Source of the DNA: Octopus bimaculoides
Lineage: Eukaryota
Assembly (NCBI RefSeq): GCF_001194135.2
Contig: NC_068985.1
Span: forward strand, 107,021,942-107,085,941
Reading direction: 5' to 3'
DNA length: 64,000 bases
Shown here: one piece after another, positions 41,298 to 53,723 of the stretch
How the letters are laid out: each line of letters begins with the position of its first letter
Position numbering within the stretch: the first letter of the stretch is position 1
Position numbers and translations under genes: made by a program
The notes under the pieces: generated by a model
Seen by the model: only the letters and a program-made list of their open reading frames with translations
The model's database searches: none
Told to the model about the DNA's origin: nothing

Positions 41298-41423
41298 TTA
41301 ATAATCTTCACCCCACGGATTCTCCTCCAAAAAGGCATCGATTACTTCTTTCATTGCCAGGTTGGGGATCAAATTCTCCTCAGTAAGGAATGTCCGAGTC
41401 ACTGGATCAAAATGCCCAACTCT
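41298..41423 (-). CDS. STUB1: STUB1/CHIP terminal coding exon (126 nt incl. TAA): [41 protein letters not shown]
   Basis: Poly-T + TAG acceptor at 41424-41425, manual translation of 41 codons then TAA at 41300-41298. Matches the human C-terminus [41 protein letters not shown]. Not in the supplied ORF track. Confidence 0.96.
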   Translation of the reverse strand, partial: RVGHFDPVTRTFLTEENLIPNLAMKEVIDAFLEENPWGEDY

Positions 41424-42621
41424 CTATAAAAAAAAAAGAGAGAGAAAAATATATATACATAAAAGTAAAAAAATAAAAACAAAGACATGAAATAAAAAAG
41501 TAAATTCTGGTGTGAGACAAGCTTTTGTTTCATGACAAAAATAGCAAAAAGCTGTGAAACGTGACACATCAGCTGATGGCCTATTGATGTTTCAATAACA
41601 ATATTTAGAAATATAGCATCAGTTTCCATCAACCAAATTCACCCACAAGGCTTTGGTGGCTACAGGAAGAATATTTGGGCCAGATATAGCCAGTTTAAAT
41701 GATAAAGGGTTAAATCTGCTTTAAGAAAAGGTAATATTCATGTGGAAAGTTGGGAAATGATGCAAGTGGTACAGCATCATGTAGTAAACACACAAAAAAA
41801 CATTGAAGTAAGACACAAAAAAACCCCACAAATATAAATAGTCCCTTCAAATAATCAAAAATATTTGACTCATAATTAAATTTATCTTACTAAGTTTGGT
41901 CTTTTTAGTACACAAAATGAAGCAAGCTAATAATAATCTGTGGCCCCTGAAAGAACATACATCTTCCAATCATGTAATATATATTGCCTTTCTACTGATG
42001 GTCTGAAAAGACCAGTTTGTATACAATGCCTCATGTCTGTATACAATGCCTCATGATACTGCATTGCATTTAACCGAGAAAAGACATTTATGCAATGGTG
42101 TGGGTAAAAGCTGTGAATCATTAGCTGGGCCAAAAGTTATTTTTGCTTTTTAGTTCATTAATAAACAATAGTTACATTCATTACTGAACCAATTTCCATC
42201 ATATATATAAACATACAAACACAATAGCATAACGTTGTGACTGATAAACATTACAGTTATTGTTACCTGATCTAGAACTCAATATGAAATGTAAAATAAA
42301 TATATTTCAGAGCAGTAAAGTTTTACAGTTACTTCTTAGTTTGTGTCTGCGCAGGCAGTTCTCAAAGTAAAACTGACGGCAAAGTTGCTTTCTGTGATAA
42401 TGTTCAAAACAAGCATAATTAAATTTCTGGTTGTTGAGGGAGGAAAGGCAAGAGAGAGAGAAAGAGAGAGGGAAAGAAAGAGAGAGAGAGAGAGAGAGTA
42501 TGTCTAGATTGTCTTTGTTCAGTGGTTTGGGCTGGCAGTTTGGTGATAGTGCTGATGGGACAAATATGGCATGTAAGTGTGAAATGTGTGCATGCATGCA
42601 AGTCTGTTTTCTTTAAGTGGT

Positions 42622-42666
<45 letters not shown>

Positions 42667-42676
42667 NNNNNNNNNN

Positions 42677-42714
<38 letters not shown>

Positions 42715-43309
42715 ATGTGTTTGCAATGTGAGTAAGTTTGCTGAATTTTTTCTGGAGAACATTCTCTTCTTTGTGGTTAGATCGTAGATGATCTTTTTCT
42801 AGCAAATTGGATGCCCACTTAGTGGTCATCCCTTCTTATATGCATGTAATACAATTTTTCTGAATTTTCAGATTTTTATATGCTAGGCTACTGGTTTTAA
42901 ATTGATGCTAATTAAATTAACATTCAATTTATCACCCTCAGTTCTGATCTTTGTGGATCTTAAAATGTATTTTGAGGCCTCCATTAGATTTGCAACCTTT
43001 TGGCATACATTGCATTGAAAAGTGTGCACAGACATATAGGCAGAATAGTTGGTGGATGTTCGTTTTCTATGGGTTCACAAATGAGATTATATATATATAT
43101 GTATATACACACATGCACATACATACATATATGTACATGCACATAAATACATATATATATACATATATATACATGCACATACATACATACATACAGACAT
43201 ATATACATGCACATACATACATATATATATATATATATGGGAGAATATACAAAAAATAACAACACACACACATATGTACATGCGCATAAATACATGTGTA
43301 TATCTATAT

Positions 43310-43465
43310 ATAGTTGAAACTTAAAGAAAAACAAAAGACAGAGTCAGGTGTATAAACAACAAGGTGTATTAGTTTGATGCTCAGGAAGGTGAGAAAGTCT
43401 TTTACGTTTCGAGCCTATGCTCTTCAGCAGAAAGGAACACGAGGAAATAAACAGAGAAAAAAAAA
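43310..43465 (-). mobile_element. Probable Penelope-like terminal-repeat fragment carrying a hammerhead-like motif
   Basis: Minus strand ...cctttctgCTGAAGAgcataggctcGAAACGTAaaagactttctc..., the CTGANGA...CTCGAAACGT pattern typical of PLE termini. Confidence 0.5.
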
Positions 43466-43724
43466 ACTTTTTGTGTATCTATCCATACATACATACATAT
43501 ATATGCACATACATACATATATATATATATATGCACATACATACATATATATATATATATATGCACATGCACATATATATATATACATGCACATGCACAT
43601 ATATATATATACATGCACACACACATATATATACATGCACATACTTATATATATACACACTGAATATGATGTGAGAAAATCCCAGCCAGCAAGCAAAGGA
43701 AAAGTAAACAGTTATTTAAAAAAG

Positions 43725-43773
<49 letters not shown>

Positions 43774-44029
43774 GTGGGGGAGAGCAATAATCTATGATAA
43801 CCTGCCTGATAACAAGATACCATGCCAAGACATGCTTTGAAGGCAGAAGTGCTAAGCTGCACAACACTGCAATACACTGCACTAGGCTCCAGAATTGCTG
43901 CAGCAAAATCAATGAAATCAATGAAGTAAGGACAATTCCCATTGGTTAACTACAGATAGACAATAGTGCCCTGTTGTAATATGTGAAAGTATTGGTGGTG
44001 GTGTGTTGTGATAGTAGAGTAGAAGTATG

Positions 44030-44885
44030 CATGAGATGGTGGAGGGGTGTGTGATGGAGGCGTGTGTGGTGGAGGGGTGCGTGGTGGAGGGGTGCATGGT
44101 GGAGGGGTGTGTGGTGGAGGGGTGTGTACTGTGGAGGGGGTGTGGTGGAGGGGTTGGAGGAGGGTGGTGGAGGTGGTGTGCATGGTTGAAGTAAAATGCT
44201 GAAGCTGTGTGTGGTGGCAGTAAGATATTTGTCATATACTGCTGTGTGCACAATAGAGGTGCATACACCATGTTGGAGGTATCTTCATAATGGTGGACAT
44301 ATATGCACAATGGATGTATGTGCATAAAAGTGGAGGTGTGTCCAGTGGTGGAGGTGTATGCATGAAGATGGGCACAAATGCACACTGGAAGTCTGCACAT
44401 GACAGTCAATGTGTAGGCATGACAGTGGACATACATGCATGATGGAGGTGTGAGTATATTGGAGGCGTATGCATGAAGGTAGACACAAGTGCACAATGGA
44501 GGTGGGTGCATGACAGTAGACATATAGGGTCTATGCATGGTAGCATTGTATGCATGATGGTGGAAATGTGTACACAATAGTGGACATATGTGCATGATAG
44601 AGATGTGCGCATGATAGTGGAGGTGTGTGCACAATGATGGAGGTGTGTGCAAATGGTGGAGGAGGTGTGCGCGTGACAGTGGGGGTGCATGCACAAGGAT
44701 GAAGGTGTATGAAAAACAGTGAAAGCATGTGCACAACGGAGGTGTGTGCATGACAGTGAAGGCATGTGCACGACAGTGGACATATGTGTGTGATGGAGGT
44801 GAGTATATGAGAGTGGAAGTGTGCAAATGGTGGAGGTGCGTGCATGACAGTGGAGGTGTGTGCACAACAGTGAACATATGTACAC
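44030..44885. repeat. G/T-rich minisatellite complex: 15-bp GGTGGAGGGGTGTGT units (44030-44190), then degenerate ~20-bp GTGCATGACAGTGGAGGTGT units
   Basis: Direct reading; explains the His/Pro/Thr-rich minus-strand ORFs 43918..44926. Confidence 0.85.
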
Positions 44886-46212
44886 AGATACACACGCATG
44901 AGCATACACACACACATCATATACAACAGACTTCTTCAGTTGCTATGTTCTCGACAATGGGTCATGTGTGCATGTGATGGTTGAACTGTATGATGGAGGT
45001 GTATGTGTAGTGAAAACATGTAGAAGTGGTTGGAGATAATGGAAACACAGAGTAGAGTGTCTAAAGGGATGCCGGTCATGTTATGATATGATGTAGGTGT
45101 AGTGTGATGGTGGTAGAGGTGGTATCAGTGACTGTGGGAGTGGTGTTGTTCAGGCCTTAGGTAATCCCTGATTGAACAAACATTACCAGGCATGCCATTG
45201 TGGTTAAGAAATTCTCTTTACATACATACTTGTGAAATTGATCCCATTGTGTGGCAACTAGGGCAAACAGCTTCTTCCTAATTTCAGGTCACTTGTGAGG
45301 TCTTTCATGAATGCTACTCGTAACATGGAATCCAGTATAACCTGTTGCATGGTCAGGTCATCAGAGACTAAACTGGCACCCCCACTAGGCTTGCCTGATG
45401 AGGAGGATTGCTAGAAACTCAGCAGGACTGAAAACAAGACCTGTCAAAAAGACTGATGAGCCAGTGTATCTTCAACAACCATCTAGCAATAGCATGGGCC
45501 CTCAGGAATTCTGGGTTGTTGTCCAGCATGCTGGAAGAACACTGGGAGTGAGGTACATCATAGTTTTTATAAAAGCAGGTCTCTAAAACCTGCTTCAAAC
45601 CCAGGCTACATCTGCTCTGATAATCGGCAGTGACTTGGTTAGCAAATTCTTTGTGAAGGTCAACAATCGACAGTAAGATGAGCTGCTATGGATCACACTA
45701 TCCTAAAGTTTGTATGCATGCGACCAGGGTCTACATGTTAACTTGTATCCCCACTGAAACTCCAAACATGAACTCTACACCTCAACAGCAAATGACAACT
45801 ACAGCTATGGTATCCATGCTATCCAACATGCTTGCTCCCCTAATGGGGCATTTGTCAATAGGATGTGGTCGGCCTTTGTGAGCAATTTGACCTTGTTGGT
45901 CAGAGCCAACAGGACACCACAAGGACAAGTAATCTTATATCACAGCCTCAAACTCACTAACATTTTGGGAGCAGAATTTGATAGGCAGAAGTGGTATGAA
46001 AACTACTCATTTTATACACACACACACACACACATACATATGTAAGTATAAGCACAGGCACAACTGCATGGTTAAGACATTCATTTTGCAGCAATTGGTT
46101 TCAGTCCCACTGCATGGTACCTCAAGCAAATGTTATCTATAAAGCCTGAGGCTGACCAAAGTCTTGTGAATGGATTTAGCAAACAGAAACTGAAAGCAGC
46201 CCATCGTATATA

Positions 46213-46294
<82 letters not shown>

Positions 46295-46514
46295 TTGCAT
46301 TCCCTTGTCTTGACATCATGCACTAATTGTAAATAAATGTCATTGTCGTATGAGTGGTGTCACTGTGCTGTTCATGTTCTAAGGGTTGGGGGGGGGGACT
46401 TAGAAACAGCTGAATGTTGGTGACAGGAAGCTCATCCAGATGTTAAAAAAATCTACCTAAACAAATCGAATCAAAACCATACAAGCTTGAAAAAGTGGGT
46501 GTTAAAATGATGAT

Positions 46515-46633
46515 CAACCCTGAGAAGATGAAAGGCAAAGTTGACCTCGGCAGAATTTGAACTCAAAACATGGATGGGCGAAATGTCATCAAACATTTTG
46601 CTCAGAGTGCTAACAATTCTGCCAGCTCACCGC
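46515..46633 (-). mobile_element. Family B SINE 5' half next to an (AAT)n tract (46634-46691)
   Basis: gatgaaaggcaaagttgacctcggcagaatttgaactc...gctaacaattctgccagctcaccgcc followed by (AAT)n. Confidence 0.8.
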
Positions 46634-46643
46634 CATAATAATG

Positions 46644-46691
<48 letters not shown>

Positions 46692-46692
<1 letters not shown>

Positions 46693-47654
46693 GTATCACA
46701 ATGAATTTTTGAAAATATTTAAATCTAACTTCTACTGTACTATTTCTTGGATAACATCCAAAAAGGAAAATTTTGATACCTCGTTTTTGAAATTTGGATG
46801 AATATTTTAGGAAATATGACAATTTGAATGGTCAGCAAACTGGTCAATATCTTGCCTAATTAAGCCTAAATGAATAATTAGTCGTATTTGTAATGTCATA
46901 TCTTTGAAACTGAAGTGATAATCATTTTCAAATAACAAACTAACAGTGTCCATGGGATAGCAGTTGCTTCTATTTTTCAGGTTCTTGGAAATGAAATTTC
47001 ATTTTTGGCATTTTTTAAAATATCTGTGTAAAGCCTATTTTGCTGCATGTAACAAACAGCCAATTTTCAGACAGTGTTTTCAGAGGTAGCTATATCCAAA
47101 AGCATAAGCCACTGAGACTTGTGTTTTGGCACATTTGTAGTAGGTGTAAGACTAAATAACATCCTGAGATTTTGGGATATGATACCATTTTAAAAAGTTT
47201 TAATGGACAATTGAAAATGGCTAGGAATGGCAGAGTTTCAGATCAGGATGCCCACATAAGTTAGATTTTCTGTTTTGATGGAGATTTTTCCCCTTTTTTA
47301 AACCGCGGCCTTGGAGATGATGGGGGGGGGGGGATTTTCAGGAAAAAAATTTGGGGAAACGGTTTTTCCCCTCTTATCCACTCCATACCAATTTTGGCCA
47401 ATTGTTTATGCACTATACACTTCAAAAGGATGAGAGAAAATGATGATTGAGGGAAGCTGGCATGATATCTAAGTGTTGGATTTGATTTTGATCAAAAGTA
47501 TATGAGAAGGAAGTTCACATTCAAAAGTTTCAAATGATATATAATTGTCCCCAGAAAATACGTATTTTGACATGAAAATGATCAAACAAAAAGTGGGTCT
47601 TTGCATGGTCAAATTGTGCTTGTCTCCCCTTCTAGAGAGCTCTGCAGTGATACC
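46692..47654. mobile_element. Putative non-autonomous DNA element (963 bp) with short TIR-like ends
   Basis: AGTATCAC ... GTGATACC (7/8 inverted match), flanked by AATA/AATT within (AAT)n context; non-coding interior. Confidence 0.3.
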
Positions 47655-47669
47655 AATTAATAATAATAA

Positions 47670-50600
47670 GTGTAATGCATATGGATAGCAGCAAAGTAAA
47701 TGGTGTTTTGTGCTTGGTTAAAACAGAGAACATTAGTGAAACTAGCTAATCGCAGTTGCTGTTAATGTTGCAGCTGACATAATAGGATACAAGCAGAAAA
47801 CTGTTGAAGAAAAGAAGGGGAAAGAAAAGAAGGAATCAAACTGGAGGAAGAGAATACAATTGAGGCTGGAGAAGTCACAGAACTTGAGGAATTATACAGA
47901 ATACAAAAACTCAAGGAGGTAGTAATTGAATGGATAGTACAGGTTAGAAGAGATTACATGAAGAATTAACATAAAAGGTGACAGCGTTAAAGGCAAAATT
48001 GAAAAGATGGTAGATGCAAAGGTTTTGAACAGAATAGATTGTTTCAATACAAATAGAAAGCATTTTTTTTTTTGAAGGAATAGAGGAGGATCAACATCAT
48101 GAAGTGATTTCCTGATGTGGAAGAAGTATTTTGGAAAGAACTTTAGAACAGGCCAGTGAGACATAAAGTAAGTGCAGAGTGGCTAACATAGGTGGAGAGA
48201 CAATCTGCAACTGTACCAAGACAAAAGGATCAGAACTGAACTGTATTCAGTGAAACTGAAGTTTAAAGAAATAGCAAATTGGAAAGGATCTGGCCCAGAT
48301 GGAGCACAAGGCTATTTGGCTGGCTGAAGAATTTTACAGTTGCATGAAAGGATCACTGCACACTCTGATGAATGCCTGCAGCAGGGACACATCCCTAACT
48401 AGATGACAAGTGGAGAAACATTGTTATGCCCCAAGGCTCCTTTGAAAGGTAAAGTGGTGTCAAATTTTTGACTTATAACCTGTTAACCACTTTTGTGGAA
48501 GCTAATGACTGGTGTCCTGGTGGAAAAGTTATATAATCATCTGGAAGCATGCAGGAAGCAAAGTAGGCAACTAAAGATCAGTTATTAGTTGATAAAATGA
48601 TAATTAGAAATTGTAGAAGCAGATCAAGGGGTCTGAAAGTAGCATGGTTGGATTACAGAAAAGCATATGACATGGTACTACACAGTTGGATAAATAAAAC
48701 AATGAGCATGTTTGGAGTGGCAGAAAATATGGAGAAAATGGTCAATGAAAGTATGAAACACTGAAACAGTGAATTGATTGGAGGAAAACAAAGACTTGGA
48801 AAAGAGAATATCAGACATTGCATATTTCAAGGTGATAGCTTACCTCCATTACTATTTGTATTGGCCATGATACTGCTCTATTTTATATTATGAGAAGTTA
48901 AAATAATTTTGGAAAAGGGATATGGTCAGATAAATCATCATCTTTTTTATGGATGTTATAAAGCTTTATGTGAAAAATGAAAAACAGCTTGAAACTCTTG
49001 CACATACTGTTCACCTTTTCTCAAATGATGTGGGTAAGGAATTTGAGATTGAAAAGTGTGCCATATTGATAATGAAATGAGGAAGATTTGAAGGAAGTTG
49101 GGGAACTGAAATGCCAAATGGGCAAACAATGAAAGCAGTTGAAAAGGATGGTGGTATAAGTATTGAGAATACTGGAAGCAGATGAAATTAAACCTGAAGA
49201 GATGAAGGAAATTACAAGCAGGGAGTATACAAGTAGAGTAAGAAAAACAATACAGGTAAAGTTGAATTCAAAACATATTGAAGCAATAAATGCAGATGCA
49301 GTATGGGTAATCAGATATGGAGTTGAATTCTAGATTGGACAAAAAGCAACAAGCACAAACTTGACAGAAAAACTTGAAAGTTATTGACTATGTATGGAAC
49401 CCACCATCCAAAAGCTGATATTAATTAGTTGTACTTGAAAAGAGACTAGGATAGAAGAGGATTAACTGTTATGGGAGAGCATGTACAGATGAAAAGAAAA
49501 AAGCCTATTAGAATATTTACAGAATAGTACAGATATTACTACAGGCAGTGAATAAAAGAACAGATGATCAAGTTTGGAATAGGAGAAAAGGACAAGAATG
49601 AAATTAAAGAGAGTAATGTTAAACAGATTGAAGAGAAACCTATGCGTGGTCAGTTTTGGACAGCTATTGAGAATGTATGTTGAACAAAAAACCTTAGCCT
49701 GATTGAAAAAACAGAAAGAAATTGAAAAAAGTAGCAGAGAGCCTTATTATAGCAAACACCTTGAGAAAATATATGTACGGGGAGGTGTCAGCAAAGTGTA
49801 GTGTGTGGAACTAGGGATGAAACAATGGCACACATTGTTGCAGAATGTCCTAAGTTGGCTAAGATAGAATATATAAATGGAGGCATGACTAAGTTGTGAA
49901 AGTTTTGCACTAGAAACATTATCAGGAATGGGGGTTTGAAGTTAGAAGTACTTGGTTTAATCATCAGGTTGAAAGAGTGCTTTAGTCAGAGAAATGCCTG
50001 ATTTTATGGGATTTTCCAATTCAAATAGTTAATCATCATCATTGTTTAATGTCTGCCTTCCATGCGGGCATGGGTTGGACAGTATGACAAGAGCTGGCTA
50101 GGCATGTGCCTGCACCAAGCTTCAGTTTCTGTTTTGGCATGGTTTTTATAGCCCTTCCTACTGCCCTTCCTTTCGCCAACCACCCTGCAGAGTGGACTGA
50201 GTGTTTTTTGTGTGGCACCAGCACAGGTGAGATCAGTTTTGGCATGGTTTTTACTGCTGGATGCCCTTCCAAATACTAACCTCTTTACAGTGTGGACTGG
50301 ATGCTTTTTATGTGGCACCAGCACTGGCAGGGTCACCAAGTAACTTGCAAAGAAGATAGAAAACAATAAACCAGATATAACAATAATAGACAAGGAAAAG
50401 CAGTGTTGCTTACTAATTGAACCATCATGTCCATTTGATTCCAAGATTAGAAACAAAAATGAAAAATCAAAAAATACAATCCCTTAAAATTTGAAATTGT
50501 GAGAATTTGGAATATGAAAACTGTAAAAGTTTGTGCATGTAATAATTGGTACATTAGGGACTGTGAGTAATGAATGATATAGACAAATGGTTGAAGAGGA

Positions 50601-50771
50601 TTGGAACGGAATGCTCTGTAGAGCTTTGTCTCTTAGTAACAGGAAAGATTATCAGAAGGGTTTTGGGTACTTGAAAGATTACTGAAAGCTTGCGGAAATC
50701 TGAGGTTACAGGTAGTAACTTGCTACCCACATATATTCAACCAGGAAAAAGACCAAACCGGAGTCAAGTCG
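47670..50771 (+). mobile_element. 5'-truncated, decayed R4/Dong-clade retrotransposon (RT + CCHC + RLE + 3'UTR), antisense within the last STUB1 intron
   Basis: TKDQLLVDKMIIRNC..LKVAWLDYRKAYDMVLHSWI; CIFQGDSLPPLLFVLAM; FMDVIKLY; CGTRDETMAHIVAECPKLA; ILWDFPIQ..KKIENNKPDITIIDKEKQCCLLIE. Flanked by (TAA)4 at 47658-47669 and (AAT)4 at 50772-50783. Confidence 0.9.
50033..50349 (-). mobile_element. Family C SINE nested in the R4 endonuclease domain
   Basis: (CAT)n tgtttaatgtctgccttccatgcgggcatgggttggacag... separates the R4 codons WDFPIQ from KKIENNKPD. Confidence 0.85.
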
Positions 50772-50793
50772 AATAATAATAATGTTTACTTAC

Positions 50794-50910
50794 ATGGAGG
50801 TGTTCAACAACATCCTTGCGATCATAGGTAATACCACTGGGGGTTATAACAGGTTCCTTCATTAGCTCAAAACTTATTCGGCCACACAAATAATCAGGGA
50901 CATCACGTTT
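50794..50910 (-). CDS. STUB1: STUB1/CHIP coding exon, first part of U-box (117 nt): [39 protein letters not shown]
   Basis: TTATTTTTTTTCAG acceptor and GTAAGT donor. Close to human [43 protein letters not shown]. Lies inside supplied ORF 50764..50949. Confidence 0.96.
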
Positions 50911-51723
50911 CTGAAAAAAAATAACAAAACAGAATTGAAATTGTGTCAATGTTCCAGTAAGGTTTACATTTTACAACAATAAATACTACTACTACTACTA
51001 CCACAATCAACACCACTGCTACTACTACCATTATCACCACCACTATTACTACTACTAAATGGATCTCAGTAAATTTACATGATGAGTTTTCAGTTGTTCA
51101 GTCAGTTAGGTGCAAGTGGCTGAGTATTCCACAGACAAATGCACCCTTAACATAATCCTCAAATAGAATCAGCTTTATAGACAGTGTGTGACAAGGCTGT
51201 AGCCATGAATTACAGGTACAGTCCATCCAACAGGCTTCCTTATTGTTTCTGTCCAACCAATTTCACTCACAAGCCTTGTATTGACTCGAGGCAATGGTAA
51301 AACACACTTGCCCCAAGATGCAACACAGTGGGATTGAACCTAGAATATTGTGATTGCAAGGCAAACCTTTTGACTACATGAACGCGTTGTGTCCACTTTA
51401 TTACTACAATACTACGACTACTACTACTACTACTACTACCACAGTATAATTACTACAATTACTATTACTGACCATGATGCATACACATAACAACAACAAC
51501 AATACCACCACCACCACCATTCTTCTTATTTATTATTATTATATTTGTTGTTCCAATTACAAACATCTAGCAATTGCTGCAGCCACCACTACAACCACCA
51601 ACACAACACCACCACTACCACCACCACCACCACCATCATTTCACTGCATTAACCTCTGAATGATAAGAGTTATAGTTGACCACAGTGAGGTTTGAACTCA
51701 CTACTTAAACAGATTAAAGTACT

Positions 51724-51757
<34 letters not shown>

Positions 51758-52870
51758 NNNNNNNNNNNNNNNNNNNNNNNNNNNNNNNNNNNNNNNNNNN
51801 NNNNNNNNNNNNNNNNNNNNNNNNNNNNNNNNNNNNNNNNNNNNNNNNNNNNNNNNNGTGGTGGCAGCGTAAACAGCCGAGGAGGGGGATTACGATGGCA
51901 GCTGCCCCAATCAAATGTTGCATCCAAATCATATTTCCTCGGACACGATACACAACTCCAGTCCCATCTCCATTTCCCCATACACACACACACACGCACG
52001 TACACATGCATGCACACATCCACATCATGTCTCACTGACTGTGTTGAGTTGCCATCAGCAACCTTTTAGCTGACATTTCAGTCTGGAGCATAGAAGAACT
52101 AATTCCATTTTAACAGACAATAAACAAGTCAGCTATTTGGCAGCTGACCGTGCTAGTACCACCATATTGCAGTCTATTGCAGATTTTTTAAGTCAGCTTG
52201 TTTTCCATGGCCAGCAACAAACATACAAAGCATCATCATCATTGTCACCATCATCACCACTGCCAATATCATTTATTGGCAACTTTCACATAATCACTTG
52301 ACCTGTTCAATGTAGCAGTCAGTTCTTCTACATCACTGCACCAAACTCATTGTCTTTGGAATGAGGATCCCACAAGCCAGAAACGGGACATCTACACAGC
52401 TAATCAAATCTCACAGTTGAAATGACAGTATTTTTAAAATTGGGATTGCATAAGTCAACAAATGACATATATGTACCATATTTTCTGGCATACAACTCAA
52501 ATTTTTTTCAGCTCAAAATTTACAGCTAAAAACAAGTTGGTTGGCTTATACACCAAGATGACCACACAGGAGGACCAAAAACTCCACATGAAATGCAACA
52601 GGATTTGAAAAGATAGTGATGATGTTTGAATGTTTAAGCTACATGTTTACACTATACACTATGTCATCTTGTATGCCAGAAAAGCCCAGAAGTTACTGAA
52701 TCTACTAAATATAGAATTGAATTCTTCAAGAAACTCCCTACTGTCTTTAAAATGATAGTATCATGTACAATATAGTATAGAACGTAAATGTAGAGGGTAG
52801 TAGCTGGGTAGTCACAACATGCAGTGTGCTATATATATATAGTGCAGTGGCTGATAGTGAAGACATGTAG

Positions 52871-53505
52871 TGTGGGACCAAGGATACACAGCACATGGGA
52901 GAGAAGATATACAGCACGTGGGAGAGAGGGTACAAGGAGCACAGGAGAGAAGGTACACAGAGCGCGGGAGAGAGGGTACACAGAGCGCGGGAGAGAGGGT
53001 ACACAGAGCGCGGGAGAGAGGGTACACAGAGCGCGGGAGAGAGGGTACACAGAGCACGGGAGAGAGGGTACACAGAGCACGGGAGAGAGGGTACACAGAG
53101 CGTGGGAGAGGATATACACGGAGCATGGGAGAGAAGATATACAGCACGTGGGAGACAAGATACACAGCATGTGGGAGAGAGGGTACAGAGTGTGGGAGAG
53201 AGGGTACACAGTGCGGGAGAGAGGGTACACAGAGCGCGGGAGAGAGGGTACAAAGAGCGCGGGAGAGAGGGTACACAGAGAGTAGGAGAGAGGGTATACA
53301 GAGCATGGGAGAGGGGATATATAGAGTATGGGAGAGGGAATACACAGAGTATGGGAGGGGGGATACACAGAGCATGGGAGAGGGGATATACAGAGCATAG
53401 GAGAAAGGATATACAGCGAGTAGGAGAGAGGATATACAGCGAGTGGGAGAGAGGATACACAGCAAGTGGGAGGGAGGATACACAGTGTGTGGGAGAGAGG
53501 ATATG
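52871..53505. repeat. 23-bp minisatellite GGGAGAGAGGGTACACAGAGCGC, about 27 units
   Basis: Identical motif spaced by exactly 23 nt (e.g. 52954, 52977, 53000); core units homogeneous, edges diverged. Confidence 0.95.
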
Positions 53506-53569
53506 TGTCATGTGCAGGAGTGAAGACACATGTGGCTTTGGGAACATTGTTGTGTGGTTGTGAAAGATT

Positions 53570-53676
53570 GGAAGGCAAAATCAACCTTGACAGAATTTGA
53601 ACTGAAAATGTGAAGAGGAATGAAATGCCAATAAGCATTTTGCCCAGTGTGCTAACGATTTTACCAGTTCGCCACC

Positions 53677-53723
<47 letters not shown>

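Noticed and set aside
43918-44977. 331-aa His/Pro/Thr/Cys-rich ORF and overlapping ORFs
   Set aside because: Translation of a degenerate 15/20-bp minisatellite; open in several frames, which is typical of repeats.
45396-45425. CTGATGA...GAAA as a second hammerhead
   Set aside because: No stem II closing pair, no NUH triplet/stem III and no stem I complementarity.
52747-53638. Long ORFs of 150-270 aa on both strands
   Set aside because: Entirely generated by the 23-bp minisatellite; no splice or homology support.
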